The position numbers and the translations under genes are program-made. The notes beneath the pieces were generated by a model. That model was not told the DNA's origin. It ran no database searches and worked only from the letters and a program-made list of their open reading frames with translations. Below are positions 26,501-35,071 of a stretch of DNA of 55,442 bases, one piece after another. How positions within the stretch are numbered: the stretch's first letter is position 1; each line of letters begins with the position of its first letter. The stretch lies in IMG/VR virus record IMGVR_UViG_3300031566_000041, positions 1 to 55,442 of that record; one strand, 5' to 3'. Source of the stretch: a virus. Its lineage: Duplodnaviria > Caudoviricetes.

Positions 26501-28138
26501 AAGCTTGGCTGGCAGGGCAAGGTCCTGCCCTTTGACGAGGATGACATCGAGGACCAGAACGCGCTCATCTTCGTGGAGACGGCCAAGGGCAAAGAGCGGA
26601 CGGTCATCAAAATGAAGGTCCGGCCCGAGGCCGACGCGAAAATCCTGGAGGCGCTTAAAAAAGCCGGGATTGATCCCGCCTCGGCCAAGGTGGGCGACAC
26701 TCTGTCCGAGGACCAGTTCGCGGACGACATCCTGGCTGCGGCCAAGACCATCAACCACCACAAGGACGACAAGAAGTACAACCAGGACAAGTTGAAAAAG
26801 GCCAAGGGGCACGAGAAGGCTCTCCAGAAGTTGGCCAAGTCCAGCGACCCGGACGTGCAGGGCATGGCCAACGAGTACCTGGCTTGGCTCGCCAGGATCG
26901 AGGAGGCGGAAAGCGCGAAGAAGCCGATCAAGGACATGTTCGGGGCTTACACGAAGAAGCACGCATCCCCTCGCCCGGAGAAGTCTAAGGACGTGGGCTT
27001 CAAGGTTACCCGCTCGAAGGTGCTGCACGAGAAACGCGAACTGAAGAATGGCGACCTGGTCGTGGTGAAGGAAGACGCAGATAACTCGGCCATGTTCAAG
27101 GGCCACAGTTTAAAGGCAGGAGAGCAATTCGAGGTGGAATTCGGTGATGGTGTAAGGGCCGTGTACCGCCCCTGGTCGGAGAAGAATCTCTATGCCCAGC
27201 GCGGCGAGTTCGAGATGGTGCTGCCGGATAAACCGGACGCCAAGAGCATCGAGCGGGCAATGGGGCACATGGAAACCCTGGGCCTCAAGTCCACCGCCGC
27301 GACTGCCGAGGACTCGGAACTGCTCTACCTCCATAAGCAAGCTTACCTCTCCAAGGCGGAAAAAGAGTCCGCCTACAAGAAGATGATCGCGGACCTTGAC
27401 CGGCGCTCGGCCAGCAAGGAGGTCCGCGTCCGGGAGATGCGGGCCTTCTGGGAGAAGCGGCTGGGCGCAAAGGACCTGACCCGTATGCCGGGCTACGATC
27501 CCATTGGCGAGTATCAGCTGGCGTTCAAGCAACCGGGCCAGGGCGCGGGCTATCGGCATCAGTACCGGTTCGACCTCTCGGACGAGGACCTGGAGAAGGA
27601 GATGAAGGGCTACGCGCTCCATCACCACCTCACCAACGGTGAGAGCGTGTCCTCGTTCATTGAAAAGGTGGTCGAGCAAAACGGCGCGGCGGTGAGCACC
27701 ATCGAGAAGCTGCGGGCCGGGGTCCCGGTGGGCGGCATGTCGCCGGAGGAGGACATGAAAACCGGCGGCGCGAGCTACTTCTTCACGCGAATCAAGAAGG
27801 TCCCGGACAAAGGCCCGGACGAGACCGGGCTGTACTTCAAGAAGCGGCTCCTGCGCCGAATGGACGCTATCAGCTACGACCACGACGCTTATGGCAAGGT
27901 GGTGGACGATTACGTGACGCAGCATCGCGGCAGCACGCCCGAGGACTGGAAGAAATTCGCTCGCAAGAGTGGAAACGAGACCATCTTCAAATACTCGGTG
28001 ACAGTACTGGACAACATCGAGGTCATCGTGGCCGGAAGCCAGAACGAGCGGAAGAAGATCTTGGAGTCCTTCCGCAAGAAGGGCATCGTGAAACTTCCCG
28101 ACGGCCGCAAGGTCGAGGACATTGTGATTGCGAGGTGA
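23552..28138 (+). CDS. MuF / SPP1 gp7-like minor head protein with extended cargo domains (HeH-like repeats, kinase-like, ART-like)
   Basis: IARTEVLRAHN..DERVCPVC..P.HPNCRC MuF signature; later KWLFKP, EEAAY, DWLVSNHDGH, IDKG kinase motifs. Confidence 0.85.
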   Translation: MLSALAIKTPLTQAEAIRQATARSVKARNLYTEQVASDLSGILADAEDEVRKVILHYKTLGSLPDNKLAAVQGLKKLEADLQQITSTLRKEQTLRFKKATKASFRQGIYRGIDEFASAQLPFYRDLKPEGIDKLSTKVFTLVDTDALDFMANYNLVLAGDVNRELADGIKRVVFSGVATGKGVEDIVRDLGHVVKDPESFRHAGSKVFSKAQYRMELIARTEVLRAHNQGRIKFHKHVGVKKLEWMTMDDERVCPVCGPLDGKVFLIDRFPQQPAHPNCRCTNIVAWPINICGSELIAVAADEPAACIIPPEGIEGQALAKAREDSKLKAAFEKGEIGDLQALTAKQLQTLAKQNGVSIARTKADFIKLLDQAEPGIEHGDLSGQALQAKIKEYKIGLLRTKEDLVKLLAEKQAALKQAQQITDQLKKVPAPGGLQGLSVNDLKDIAKDKGVSLNMTKQDVIELLDEIEPGVDHSGLQGQDLIAAKEKHSIGPLKNKQQLVKAIEKSAGQDLAEKTKQEALDSAQKEKVKKAKETIEQAASKVIVPKSPAGYNDFLAAAKEAESALAQGAGLPQEMLESNAKELALKKKLFQDQVAAMKSGDLKTLAKDTKLKHWQWANKDEMVTLFTETDPAKVEAAKASIEAKHGAWAEKHGGKKAPTAPSPPVKTRPAPAPSPPEPSPPEPPVFTKKGSEFEDADQAWEKKGKPGNFKPAGKAEVGGAHTKEFWVDESGAKWLFKPIEKSGDEFIAQGEEAAYQIGRLIDPDAVEVRTINLNGKLGSIQKWHTDLQAKGDFSDVDPTQLTTTELEQIQREHVVDWLVSNHDGHSKQFLRARSGKVYGIDKGQLFKHLGEDKLSIDYHPNGKFGEQEPYYNTVFRAVKQGKVKADPSVTLRYIREVEKIADDDYLALLKPYADGRFGKNEAKKKAFLDLALERKRNLRRDFEGFYADVLGKKGFRFEDAAAALPKKGRLGPAEEKLIEEVRKLGWQGKVLPFDEDDIEDQNALIFVETAKGKERTVIKMKVRPEADAKILEALKKAGIDPASAKVGDTLSEDQFADDILAAAKTINHHKDDKKYNQDKLKKAKGHEKALQKLAKSSDPDVQGMANEYLAWLARIEEAESAKKPIKDMFGAYTKKHASPRPEKSKDVGFKVTRSKVLHEKRELKNGDLVVVKEDADNSAMFKGHSLKAGEQFEVEFGDGVRAVYRPWSEKNLYAQRGEFEMVLPDKPDAKSIERAMGHMETLGLKSTAATAEDSELLYLHKQAYLSKAEKESAYKKMIADLDRRSASKEVRVREMRAFWEKRLGAKDLTRMPGYDPIGEYQLAFKQPGQGAGYRHQYRFDLSDEDLEKEMKGYALHHHLTNGESVSSFIEKVVEQNGAAVSTIEKLRAGVPVGGMSPEEDMKTGGASYFFTRIKKVPDKGPDETGLYFKKRLLRRMDAISYDHDAYGKVVDDYVTQHRGSTPEDWKKFARKSGNETIFKYSVTVLDNIEVIVAGSQNERKKILESFRKKGIVKLPDGRKVEDIVIAR

Positions 28139-28611
28139 GCATGAAGGAGTTCATCGAAAAGGAGAAGGAGCGGCTGCAGGCGCTGTTCTCGGAGTTCAAC
28201 CGGCAAGGCTCGTGGATCGAGATGAGGGAGCGTGGCGAGAAGCCGATCCGCCTGGGCCTGGTGGACAGCTACACGGTCACCCGAGTGGCCCCGCAGTTCA
28301 ACGCTGCGGGCGAGATGACCCATGCGGACTTCTGGCTCCTGTTCAAGATGGCGGGCTACGACCAGGGCTTCCAGTTCTCGCACACCATCAAGGTTTGCCG
28401 GTGGGAGCAGGACGACACCTATCTCATTGACCTCGACGATGACCGGGAACGGCGCTTCCACGCGGAGTTGATCATGGAGGTGTCGGAGCCGGGGATGGTT
28501 GAGGATTGGAAGGCCTGGCAAAAATACAAGGCCGAGAACCGCGAGCGTTTCGACATCGCGGACCAGGACATTCTGGCCGAACACATCCGGATCGCGGAGG
28601 AGTGGGAATGA
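28135..28611 (+). CDS. Acidic hypothetical protein, candidate immunity protein 1
   Basis: Overlaps the MuF stop codon; acidic; function by context only. Confidence 0.6.
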   Translation: MSMKEFIEKEKERLQALFSEFNRQGSWIEMRERGEKPIRLGLVDSYTVTRVAPQFNAAGEMTHADFWLLFKMAGYDQGFQFSHTIKVCRWEQDDTYLIDLDDDRERRFHAELIMEVSEPGMVEDWKAWQKYKAENRERFDIADQDILAEHIRIAEEWE

Positions 28612-28943
28612 AGCTCCGCTACATGATTGAGTACGCGCTCCGCGACCGTCTCCGCAATCCCCATTACGAACCCATCGGCGTCTGGGTCCAGGGGCCCGGT
28701 CCCGGCCTCGACCTCGTGATCGAATACCTCCCCGGCAACCCCGAGGCCCAGGAAGAGGCCGAGTGGATCATCAACCGGCTGGTGGAGAACGGGATCAAGA
28801 ACTTACCGGACGATTTCCTCGAGTACCATCGGACAACGCTCTCTCCCTATCGCGGGATGGGGGGGAGCGAAATTGAGGTTGACGAATTTCCCTCCTCGGA
28901 GGCCTGCGCCAAAGTTATCATCGCCAAGTTCACCGCTTCATAA
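28608..28943 (+). CDS. Hypothetical protein, candidate immunity protein 2
   Basis: ATG 28608 overlapping the previous stop, GGAGG RBS. Confidence 0.6.
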   Translation: MKLRYMIEYALRDRLRNPHYEPIGVWVQGPGPGLDLVIEYLPGNPEAQEEAEWIINRLVENGIKNLPDDFLEYHRTTLSPYRGMGGSEIEVDEFPSSEACAKVIIAKFTAS

Positions 28944-28954
28944 TTTTTTTCAAC

Positions 28955-28992
28955 TTTTTTCCGACACTTTTCACTTTCCGCCGGTATATATC
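28955..28992 (+). promoter_or_regulatory. Putative phage sigma-dependent promoter (copy 6)
   Basis: TTTTTTCCGACA-cttttcactttccgcc-GGTATATATC upstream of the head operon. Confidence 0.75.
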
Positions 28993-29066
28993 CCGCAGGA
29001 GCTTGTCATGGGCCCGGGCGATGGACTTGGCCCGCGTCCGAGACCAAGGCTCCCGCGAGGATGTGA

Positions 29067-32000
29067 ATGGAGCTTTTTGCTACTGATTACGAACGGTTGG
29101 CGTTTCTGCTGGAGACCGACGCGGCCTTGGAGTTGGACTTCGAGGCGCTGGAGGCTTATGCGCGTGAAGAAAGTCAACCCGAACTTCCCCCGGATAAGCG
29201 CCCCAAGTACATCACCAACTACATCGGCTCGAAGCAGAAGCTGGTGGACTGGATTTGGAAGCATACCCCGGAGGGCGTGGAGTCGGCGCTGGACGCCTTC
29301 TCCGGCTCGGCGGTCGTGGCCTACATGTACAAGACCAAGGGCCTCAAGGTCATGGCCAACGACCGGCTGCGCTATTGCTACCACGCGGCGCGGGCGATCA
29401 TCGAGAACGACAAGGTCCGGCTCTCGGACGACGAGCTTACGGCGCTGCTTGCGGACAACCCCAAGGCCGGGACGTTCGTCCGGGACAATTTCAAGGGCAT
29501 ATTCTTCGCCAAGGGCGTCCACGGCCTGATTGATAACATCAGGGCCAACGCGGACAAGCTCGATGGCTTCAAGAAGGACATCGCGCTCTTCGCTCTGGGC
29601 AAGACCTGCATGTCGGGCAAGGGCGGATTCGGGCATTTCTCGTCGTCCACGCGCTACGGCAAGCGCGAGGATACGCCCGAGGAGTTCAAGGAGCGGTTCA
29701 GCAAGAACGTGGCGCGGATTAACGCGCTGGTGTTCGACAACGGTGAGGAGTGCAAGGCGTTTCGGAAGGACGTGAACGAACTCCTGCCGAGCATCAAAGG
29801 CGACCTAGTTTACTTCGACCCGCCTTACGCGACCGAATTCTCCACCACCAACTATGAGAAATCCTACCACTTTGTCGAGGGCCTGATGAACTATTGGGAG
29901 GGCCTCACCCTGGTCAAGGACTCGAAGACCAAGCATTACGAGACCGACCACAAGACGGTGACCAAGGCCAACGCCAATGAGTTCTTCGAGACCTTCCTGG
30001 GCAACGCGAAGCACATCCCGCACTGGTTGATCTCTTACCGGGATCACGCCTACCCGAACGAGCATGACATGAAGAAGATTATCGGCTCGCTCGGCCGCGA
30101 GTCGGCCATGCGTTCGCACGACCACCATTACTCGATCACCTCGCAGCACGGTGACGCCTCGCACGCCAAGGAGCGGCTGTTCATCTGCAAGCGGGGCAAG
30201 GAAGAACAGAAGGCCGCGGCCTCGCTGGAGGCTTATGCAGAGGACGAGTTGCAGACCCAGGCAATCTGGGACGAGACCCCGAATGAAATCCGCTTCCGCG
30301 TGCGTGACCCGGAGGAGTTCGAGAAGGGCAGCTTCCGGCGGAAGGGGCTGGAGGGGGTCGAGGGCGTCGCCATCATCATGGGCCGGCTCAAGAAAGAACA
30401 CGTCCAGGAGGGGCACGACCCCAAGGCGATGGTCCTTCAGGCCTACCGCTTCGCCAAGAAGACCGAGGACAACCCGAACGGCTGGACCCTGGACAAGGCC
30501 AAGGAGTGGGTGAAGAAGCACGAGTCGGAGAGCGCAGCGGAGGCGGCCCTACGGATCGAGGACAACATGCAGGCCCTGGCCGACGCGCCGCTGGGTGAAG
30601 CTCTCGATCTGCTCACCTGCCAGGCAGGGCAAAACGATCCGGTCCGGGTCACCGGGTACATGGGTAGCAAGTACCTGATGATGGGCTGGATTGAGCGGCA
30701 CGTGCCCAAGGGCGCGAAGACCATCCTGGACGCCTTTTCCGGCGGTGCGAACGTGGCCTATAACTTCAAGCGCAAGGGCTACAAGGTCATGGCCAACGAC
30801 CTGCTCCGGTATCCTTATCACCTGGCCCGCGCGGTGGTCGAGAACTCGCACGACAAGCTCAGCGATGAGGACATCGAGATGCTGCTCGCTCCCAACCCGG
30901 GGGCGGGCACGTTCATCCTGGACCACTTCCACGGCTACTACTACACCAAGCCCATTCTGCAATGGCTTGACCAGGTGTGGTCGAACATCCAGAAGCTCTC
31001 GGGCTACAAGAAGGACTTGGCGCTCGCCGCGTTGGGCACCGCAGTCAAGGCCAAGAGCGCGTTCGGCCAGTTCTCGCGCTCGAAGATGACGAAGCGGGCC
31101 GGCCACGAAGTGCACCAGCCCACAGACGTGGACGAGACACAGGCCAGCGCAAGCCTTAAGGAATCGCAGCTGGTCAACCTGCCGCTCTCTCGGCTGGTTG
31201 AATCCTTCAAGCGCTCGATCAAGCAACTCAACAACCTGGTGTTTGACAACGGCCAGGAGTGCAAGGCCTTCAATTTGAACGCGGTGGAAGCGATCCGGCG
31301 CTTCAGCGCGGACGCGCTTTACCTCGACCCGCCTTACGTCACCGAGTTCGGCATCAACGACTACGAAGACTCGCTCCACTTCGTGGAAGGGTTGATGACC
31401 CGCTGGGCCGACAAAAAGCTCAACGCCAACCCCCGGCGCAACTACCCGTCCCGCACCCGTTTTAATAAGGAATCAATCCGCAAGCTGATGGAGACGATGG
31501 CGGCGGACGCCCGGGGCAAGTACGGCACGGTGCTGCTCTCCTACCGGGACCGGGCCTTCCCCCGCGAGAACGAGATCAAGGAAATCCTCGGCGACCACTT
31601 CGGCCAGGTCCAGGTGAGCGGCATGGACGTGGTCTACACCATTGCCAAGAACATTGGGCGGGAAGGCCAGTATGCGAAGGAGCTTCTGTTCGTGGCCTCG
31701 AAGGCGAGAAGCGCGGCCCGGTCCAAGGGGTCGCTATCGGCGGCCGCGTGCCACACCTCGGTCCCGGTGGATATCCAGGTCAATGCATCAGAGGGCATGT
31801 TCACCGAGGCGCTCGATCTTTCCAAGCAGGCCGGAGACCCGCAGTTCACCTTCATTCTCTGCCGGGTCGGGACCAACAAGAACGGGGACCATTTCACTGC
31901 CGAGGAACTGGCCGCACGGTACATGACGGCGGTTAACAAGAAGATTGACCTCAAGCACTCGCAGGACTTCACCGACATCGTGGGCGGGATCGTGGCCGCC

Positions 32001-32969
32001 GATTACCTGGAGGACGAGAACGGCGGCCGGGTGGAGTGCGTGGGCGAGCTTTACGCCACGGACAGCCAGAACGCGCAGCTGGCTTACAAGCTGATGAAGC
32101 GCGGGATCATCACCCAGGTTTCGATGGAGTGCGATTACGATGAAGGCGAGTGCTCGATCTGCGGGAAAAAGGTGAAGAACAAGAGCGACTACTGCGTTCA
32201 CCTGCGCAAGTACAAGGGCGGCTCATTCCAGGGCAAGCCGGTGTTCGAGATTCTACGTGGAGTCACCTTCACCGGCCTCGGGCTTTTAGACCGCAAGGGT
32301 GCGGACGAGAACGCGAGGATAACCCAGGTTGCGGCGGTTGCTGAAACGGAAATTTCAAACCAGGACAAAGGAGGTCCACACATGGACGAGAACGAGAAGC
32401 AGGAAGAGAGGGCGGCCGAAGCCGCCAAGAAGAAAAAGGACGACGGCGAGGCCGGCGCTCCGGCGGACGACAAGACCCGGATCAAGGAGTTGGAGAAGGA
32501 GAACGCGGACCTGAAGAAACAGGTCTCCACCCTCCAGAAGCGGGTCGAGGAATTGGAGGCCGAGCAGCAGGCCGCGTCCAACCGCTCGCGGGCGCAAAAG
32601 CTCCTGCGCAAGATCGAGAAGCAGGGCATGGCGTTCGAGACGGACGAGGACCGCGAGGCCGAGTTCAAGCGGCTGGCCTTGATGTCGGACGAGGCGTTTG
32701 CCGCGACCGAGGCGGCCTACGAGCGGATGATCAAGGCCAGGTCCGAAGGCGTGAAGAAGGAGGACAAGGCCGAGCCTCCCCCGAAGAAGGAGCAGTCCAA
32801 AGCGGACAAGGCGGACGAGGAACCGGCCATGCGCAGCGACGCCGGGGTGCGGCCCAAGGACGTGGACGACCACAAGGCGACCCTGGAAGACAAGCTGAAG
32901 GCCGGGTTCATGGTCGCCTATCGGCACAGGGTAGCCACGGCAACCGGCGAGCGGGCCGAGGCCAATTAA
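29067..32969 (+). CDS. Fusion: two D12/Dam-class N6-adenine DNA methyltransferase domains + prohead protease + scaffold
   Basis: MTase1 YIGSK/DAFSGS/MAND/YFDPPY; MTase2 YMGSK/DAFSGG/MAND/YLDPPY; protease-like NKNGD.F..EL, IDLKH, VSMEC..CSICG..CVH, TGLGLL..GAD..A; C-terminal coiled coil; located just before the decoration and capsid genes. Confidence 0.85.
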   Translation: MELFATDYERLAFLLETDAALELDFEALEAYAREESQPELPPDKRPKYITNYIGSKQKLVDWIWKHTPEGVESALDAFSGSAVVAYMYKTKGLKVMANDRLRYCYHAARAIIENDKVRLSDDELTALLADNPKAGTFVRDNFKGIFFAKGVHGLIDNIRANADKLDGFKKDIALFALGKTCMSGKGGFGHFSSSTRYGKREDTPEEFKERFSKNVARINALVFDNGEECKAFRKDVNELLPSIKGDLVYFDPPYATEFSTTNYEKSYHFVEGLMNYWEGLTLVKDSKTKHYETDHKTVTKANANEFFETFLGNAKHIPHWLISYRDHAYPNEHDMKKIIGSLGRESAMRSHDHHYSITSQHGDASHAKERLFICKRGKEEQKAAASLEAYAEDELQTQAIWDETPNEIRFRVRDPEEFEKGSFRRKGLEGVEGVAIIMGRLKKEHVQEGHDPKAMVLQAYRFAKKTEDNPNGWTLDKAKEWVKKHESESAAEAALRIEDNMQALADAPLGEALDLLTCQAGQNDPVRVTGYMGSKYLMMGWIERHVPKGAKTILDAFSGGANVAYNFKRKGYKVMANDLLRYPYHLARAVVENSHDKLSDEDIEMLLAPNPGAGTFILDHFHGYYYTKPILQWLDQVWSNIQKLSGYKKDLALAALGTAVKAKSAFGQFSRSKMTKRAGHEVHQPTDVDETQASASLKESQLVNLPLSRLVESFKRSIKQLNNLVFDNGQECKAFNLNAVEAIRRFSADALYLDPPYVTEFGINDYEDSLHFVEGLMTRWADKKLNANPRRNYPSRTRFNKESIRKLMETMAADARGKYGTVLLSYRDRAFPRENEIKEILGDHFGQVQVSGMDVVYTIAKNIGREGQYAKELLFVASKARSAARSKGSLSAAACHTSVPVDIQVNASEGMFTEALDLSKQAGDPQFTFILCRVGTNKNGDHFTAEELAARYMTAVNKKIDLKHSQDFTDIVGGIVAADYLEDENGGRVECVGELYATDSQNAQLAYKLMKRGIITQVSMECDYDEGECSICGKKVKNKSDYCVHLRKYKGGSFQGKPVFEILRGVTFTGLGLLDRKGADENARITQVAAVAETEISNQDKGGPHMDENEKQEERAAEAAKKKKDDGEAGAPADDKTRIKELEKENADLKKQVSTLQKRVEELEAEQQAASNRSRAQKLLRKIEKQGMAFETDEDREAEFKRLALMSDEAFAATEAAYERMIKARSEGVKKEDKAEPPPKKEQSKADKADEEPAMRSDAGVRPKDVDDHKATLEDKLKAGFMVAYRHRVATATGERAEAN
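32382..32969 (+). CDS. Nested in-frame scaffolding protein (internal start)
   Basis: AAAGGAGGT 6 nt before in-frame ATG 32382 (MDENEKQ); highly charged coiled-coil product. Confidence 0.65.
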   Translation: MDENEKQEERAAEAAKKKKDDGEAGAPADDKTRIKELEKENADLKKQVSTLQKRVEELEAEQQAASNRSRAQKLLRKIEKQGMAFETDEDREAEFKRLALMSDEAFAATEAAYERMIKARSEGVKKEDKAEPPPKKEQSKADKADEEPAMRSDAGVRPKDVDDHKATLEDKLKAGFMVAYRHRVATATGERAEAN

Positions 32970-32984
32970 GGAAGGAGGAGCGCA

Positions 32985-33347
32985 ATGAGTTTCATCAATC
33001 CCAATCATCGGGGCCTCGCCTACGGCGACGGCTACATGCAGGGCGCGGGAAGCAAGGGCAAGGTGGTGAAGATCGCGGGCAGCGATTTGTTCGCGGTGAA
33101 CACCGACCCGACCGTGAAGTCCTTCGGGATACTCATCAAGGACTACAAGGACGGCGAGATGCCGGGCATCTACTGCATGGGCGGAGTTTACGAGACCGAC
33201 GTGTTCGAGGGGACCATCGTCCCCGGCAATGACCTCAAGGTGTCGGCCAACGGCAAGCTCATCGCGGGCGTGCTCGCTGGCGAGGAGGTCATCGCCCGGG
33301 CCATCGCTCTCTCGGGCGGCGTGCTCAAGTTCAAGCTGCTGATCTAA
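32985..33347 (+). CDS. Head decoration/cement protein
   Basis: 120-aa Gly-rich beta protein between the scaffold and capsid genes. Confidence 0.65.
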   Translation: MSFINPNHRGLAYGDGYMQGAGSKGKVVKIAGSDLFAVNTDPTVKSFGILIKDYKDGEMPGIYCMGGVYETDVFEGTIVPGNDLKVSANGKLIAGVLAGEEVIARAIALSGGVLKFKLLI

Positions 33348-33360
33348 GGAGGAAGCGAAT

Positions 33361-34224
33361 ATGGAGATGAATCAAATGAACGTGCACAGCCAGGAGTACA
33401 TGCAGAGCATGGCCCGGCTCATGAGCGAGGCGCTGGAGTCGCCGGAGGGACTGCATGCGCTGGCCGCCGCCATCGCCGCGCCCATCGAGCAGGAGATCAA
33501 GCGCAAGGAGATTTCCTCGCTCCTGCTCACGAGCCACACCCTGCCCAAGGGCGAGCGGCCGATCTACCAGAAGAAGCCGCGCGTGAAGGCCTACTGGATC
33601 AGCAAGGAGGGCGAGGCTCAAGAGAGCGAACTCGGCCAAGACGAGATCGAGTTCCCCACGCACCGCATCCACTCCGCGCCGATGGTCGACATCGCGGTCT
33701 TGAAGAACGGCAACATCGGGACGCTCACCGACATGCAGACCGCTGCCGCCGACGAGATCAGGAAGGAGATCGACAAGCGCACCCTCACCGTGATCACGGC
33801 GTCTGTCCCGGCGGAGAACACGGTCGAGGTCACGGGCGACACGCTCACCGAGGAGGCGCTCAACGAGGCCGTCTCGATCATCGAGGACCTGGAGCTTTCG
33901 GTGAAGTACATCGTGATGCGGGGCCGGCGCTTCAACGACATGCGCGGCTGGGACTTGGACCCGCAGACCAAGCTCGAACTGCGCGCCAAGGGCGTGATCA
34001 AGAACTACGGCACCGGCGGCATCTTGCTCACCGCGTCCGCGCCGCTGAACGAAATCCTGATCATCCCGGACGAGGAGATCGGCAAGCTGCCGGTGCGCGA
34101 GACGCTCAAGACCGAGTCCATCGAGCAGAAGACGAAGTTCAAGACCGGCTGGCTGATTTGGTCGGAGCAGGGCCAGGGCATCACCCGGCCGGAAATCCTG
34201 GCCAAGATCAAGCTGCTCGGATAA
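33361..34224 (+). CDS. Major capsid protein (HK97 fold)
   Basis: Position, strong RBS, 287 aa, AYWISKEGE E-loop-like segment, C-terminal G.GITRPE..AKI pattern. Confidence 0.85.
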   Translation: MEMNQMNVHSQEYMQSMARLMSEALESPEGLHALAAAIAAPIEQEIKRKEISSLLLTSHTLPKGERPIYQKKPRVKAYWISKEGEAQESELGQDEIEFPTHRIHSAPMVDIAVLKNGNIGTLTDMQTAAADEIRKEIDKRTLTVITASVPAENTVEVTGDTLTEEALNEAVSIIEDLELSVKYIVMRGRRFNDMRGWDLDPQTKLELRAKGVIKNYGTGGILLTASAPLNEILIIPDEEIGKLPVRETLKTESIEQKTKFKTGWLIWSEQGQGITRPEILAKIKLLG

Positions 34225-34236
34225 GGAGGGCGGACG

Positions 34237-34620
34237 ATGACTTACAAGGTAAAGAACGTCCGTCCGGGCATCCTGGTCGTGCCGGACGCGGGCCTGCGCC
34301 TGGCTCCGGGCGCGGTGGTCGAGGTGAAGGCGCTCACGCCCCAGCTGGACAAGGCCCTGAAGAAGGGCTGGCTGGTCAATACCGAGGCCGGGACCAACAT
34401 GCCGCTATTCGATGAGCCGGAACCGCGAGAAACCGTCGGGGAAGATACCGGCCAAGAAGAAGTCGACATAACGAAGCTCTCGGCTACCGAGGCGATCACC
34501 AAGGTGAGCGAGGAGGATAACGCGGACAAGCTGAAGGCGCTCATGTCCACCGAGAAGCGCCGCACGGTGCTCGACGCGCTCAAGAAGCGGCTGACGGAGG
34601 TCGAGGGTGGCTCTGGCTGA
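34237..34620 (+). CDS. Head-associated hypothetical protein
   Basis: Post-capsid small ORF ending in EKRRTVLDALKKRL. Confidence 0.65.
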   Translation: MTYKVKNVRPGILVVPDAGLRLAPGAVVEVKALTPQLDKALKKGWLVNTEAGTNMPLFDEPEPRETVGEDTGQEEVDITKLSATEAITKVSEEDNADKLKALMSTEKRRTVLDALKKRLTEVEGGSG

Positions 34621-35071
34621 TCTCATCGCCGCGCTCCGCGTGGACCTCTCCGACCCCAACTCCGAGTTGTTCAGCAACGAGGTCCTGGGCCGGTGCGTCC
34701 TGAAGGGAGTGTACCAGGTCGCCCGCGACCTGGAGGTCTCGCTCGTCATCAACAACGGCGAGATCTCCCCGGAGCCGCAGGGCGAGGCCCTGGAGATGCT
34801 CCTGATCCTCGGGCAAATCAATGCCTGCCAGGTCATGCGAGCCGCGACCGCCAACGCCTTCTCGTTCTCCAGTGGCGACAAACGGGTGGACAAGACCAAG
34901 CAGCCGGAGCACTGGGCCACGCTCGAGGCCGACTTGAAGGCCCTGTACAAGCAACGCTTGGGCGAAATCAAGCCAGGCGCGACGACCAGCCCCGAGGACT
35001 ACATCATCACTCCGAGCGGACTCTCACCGCTAATCTTCGAGCAAGGGAAGCGACATGAACCTCCTGTCTGA
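34607..35071 (+). CDS. Putative head-tail adaptor
   Basis: Helical N-terminus LRVDLSD..LFSNEVL, S.S.GD..V motif; synteny. Confidence 0.65.
   Translation: MALADLIAALRVDLSDPNSELFSNEVLGRCVLKGVYQVARDLEVSLVINNGEISPEPQGEALEMLLILGQINACQVMRAATANAFSFSSGDKRVDKTKQPEHWATLEADLKALYKQRLGEIKPGATTSPEDYIITPSGLSPLIFEQGKRHEPPV

Noticed and set aside
29067-31750. Restriction-modification system
   Set aside because: No cognate endonuclease is adjacent, and the MTase domains are part of the head-operon fusion.
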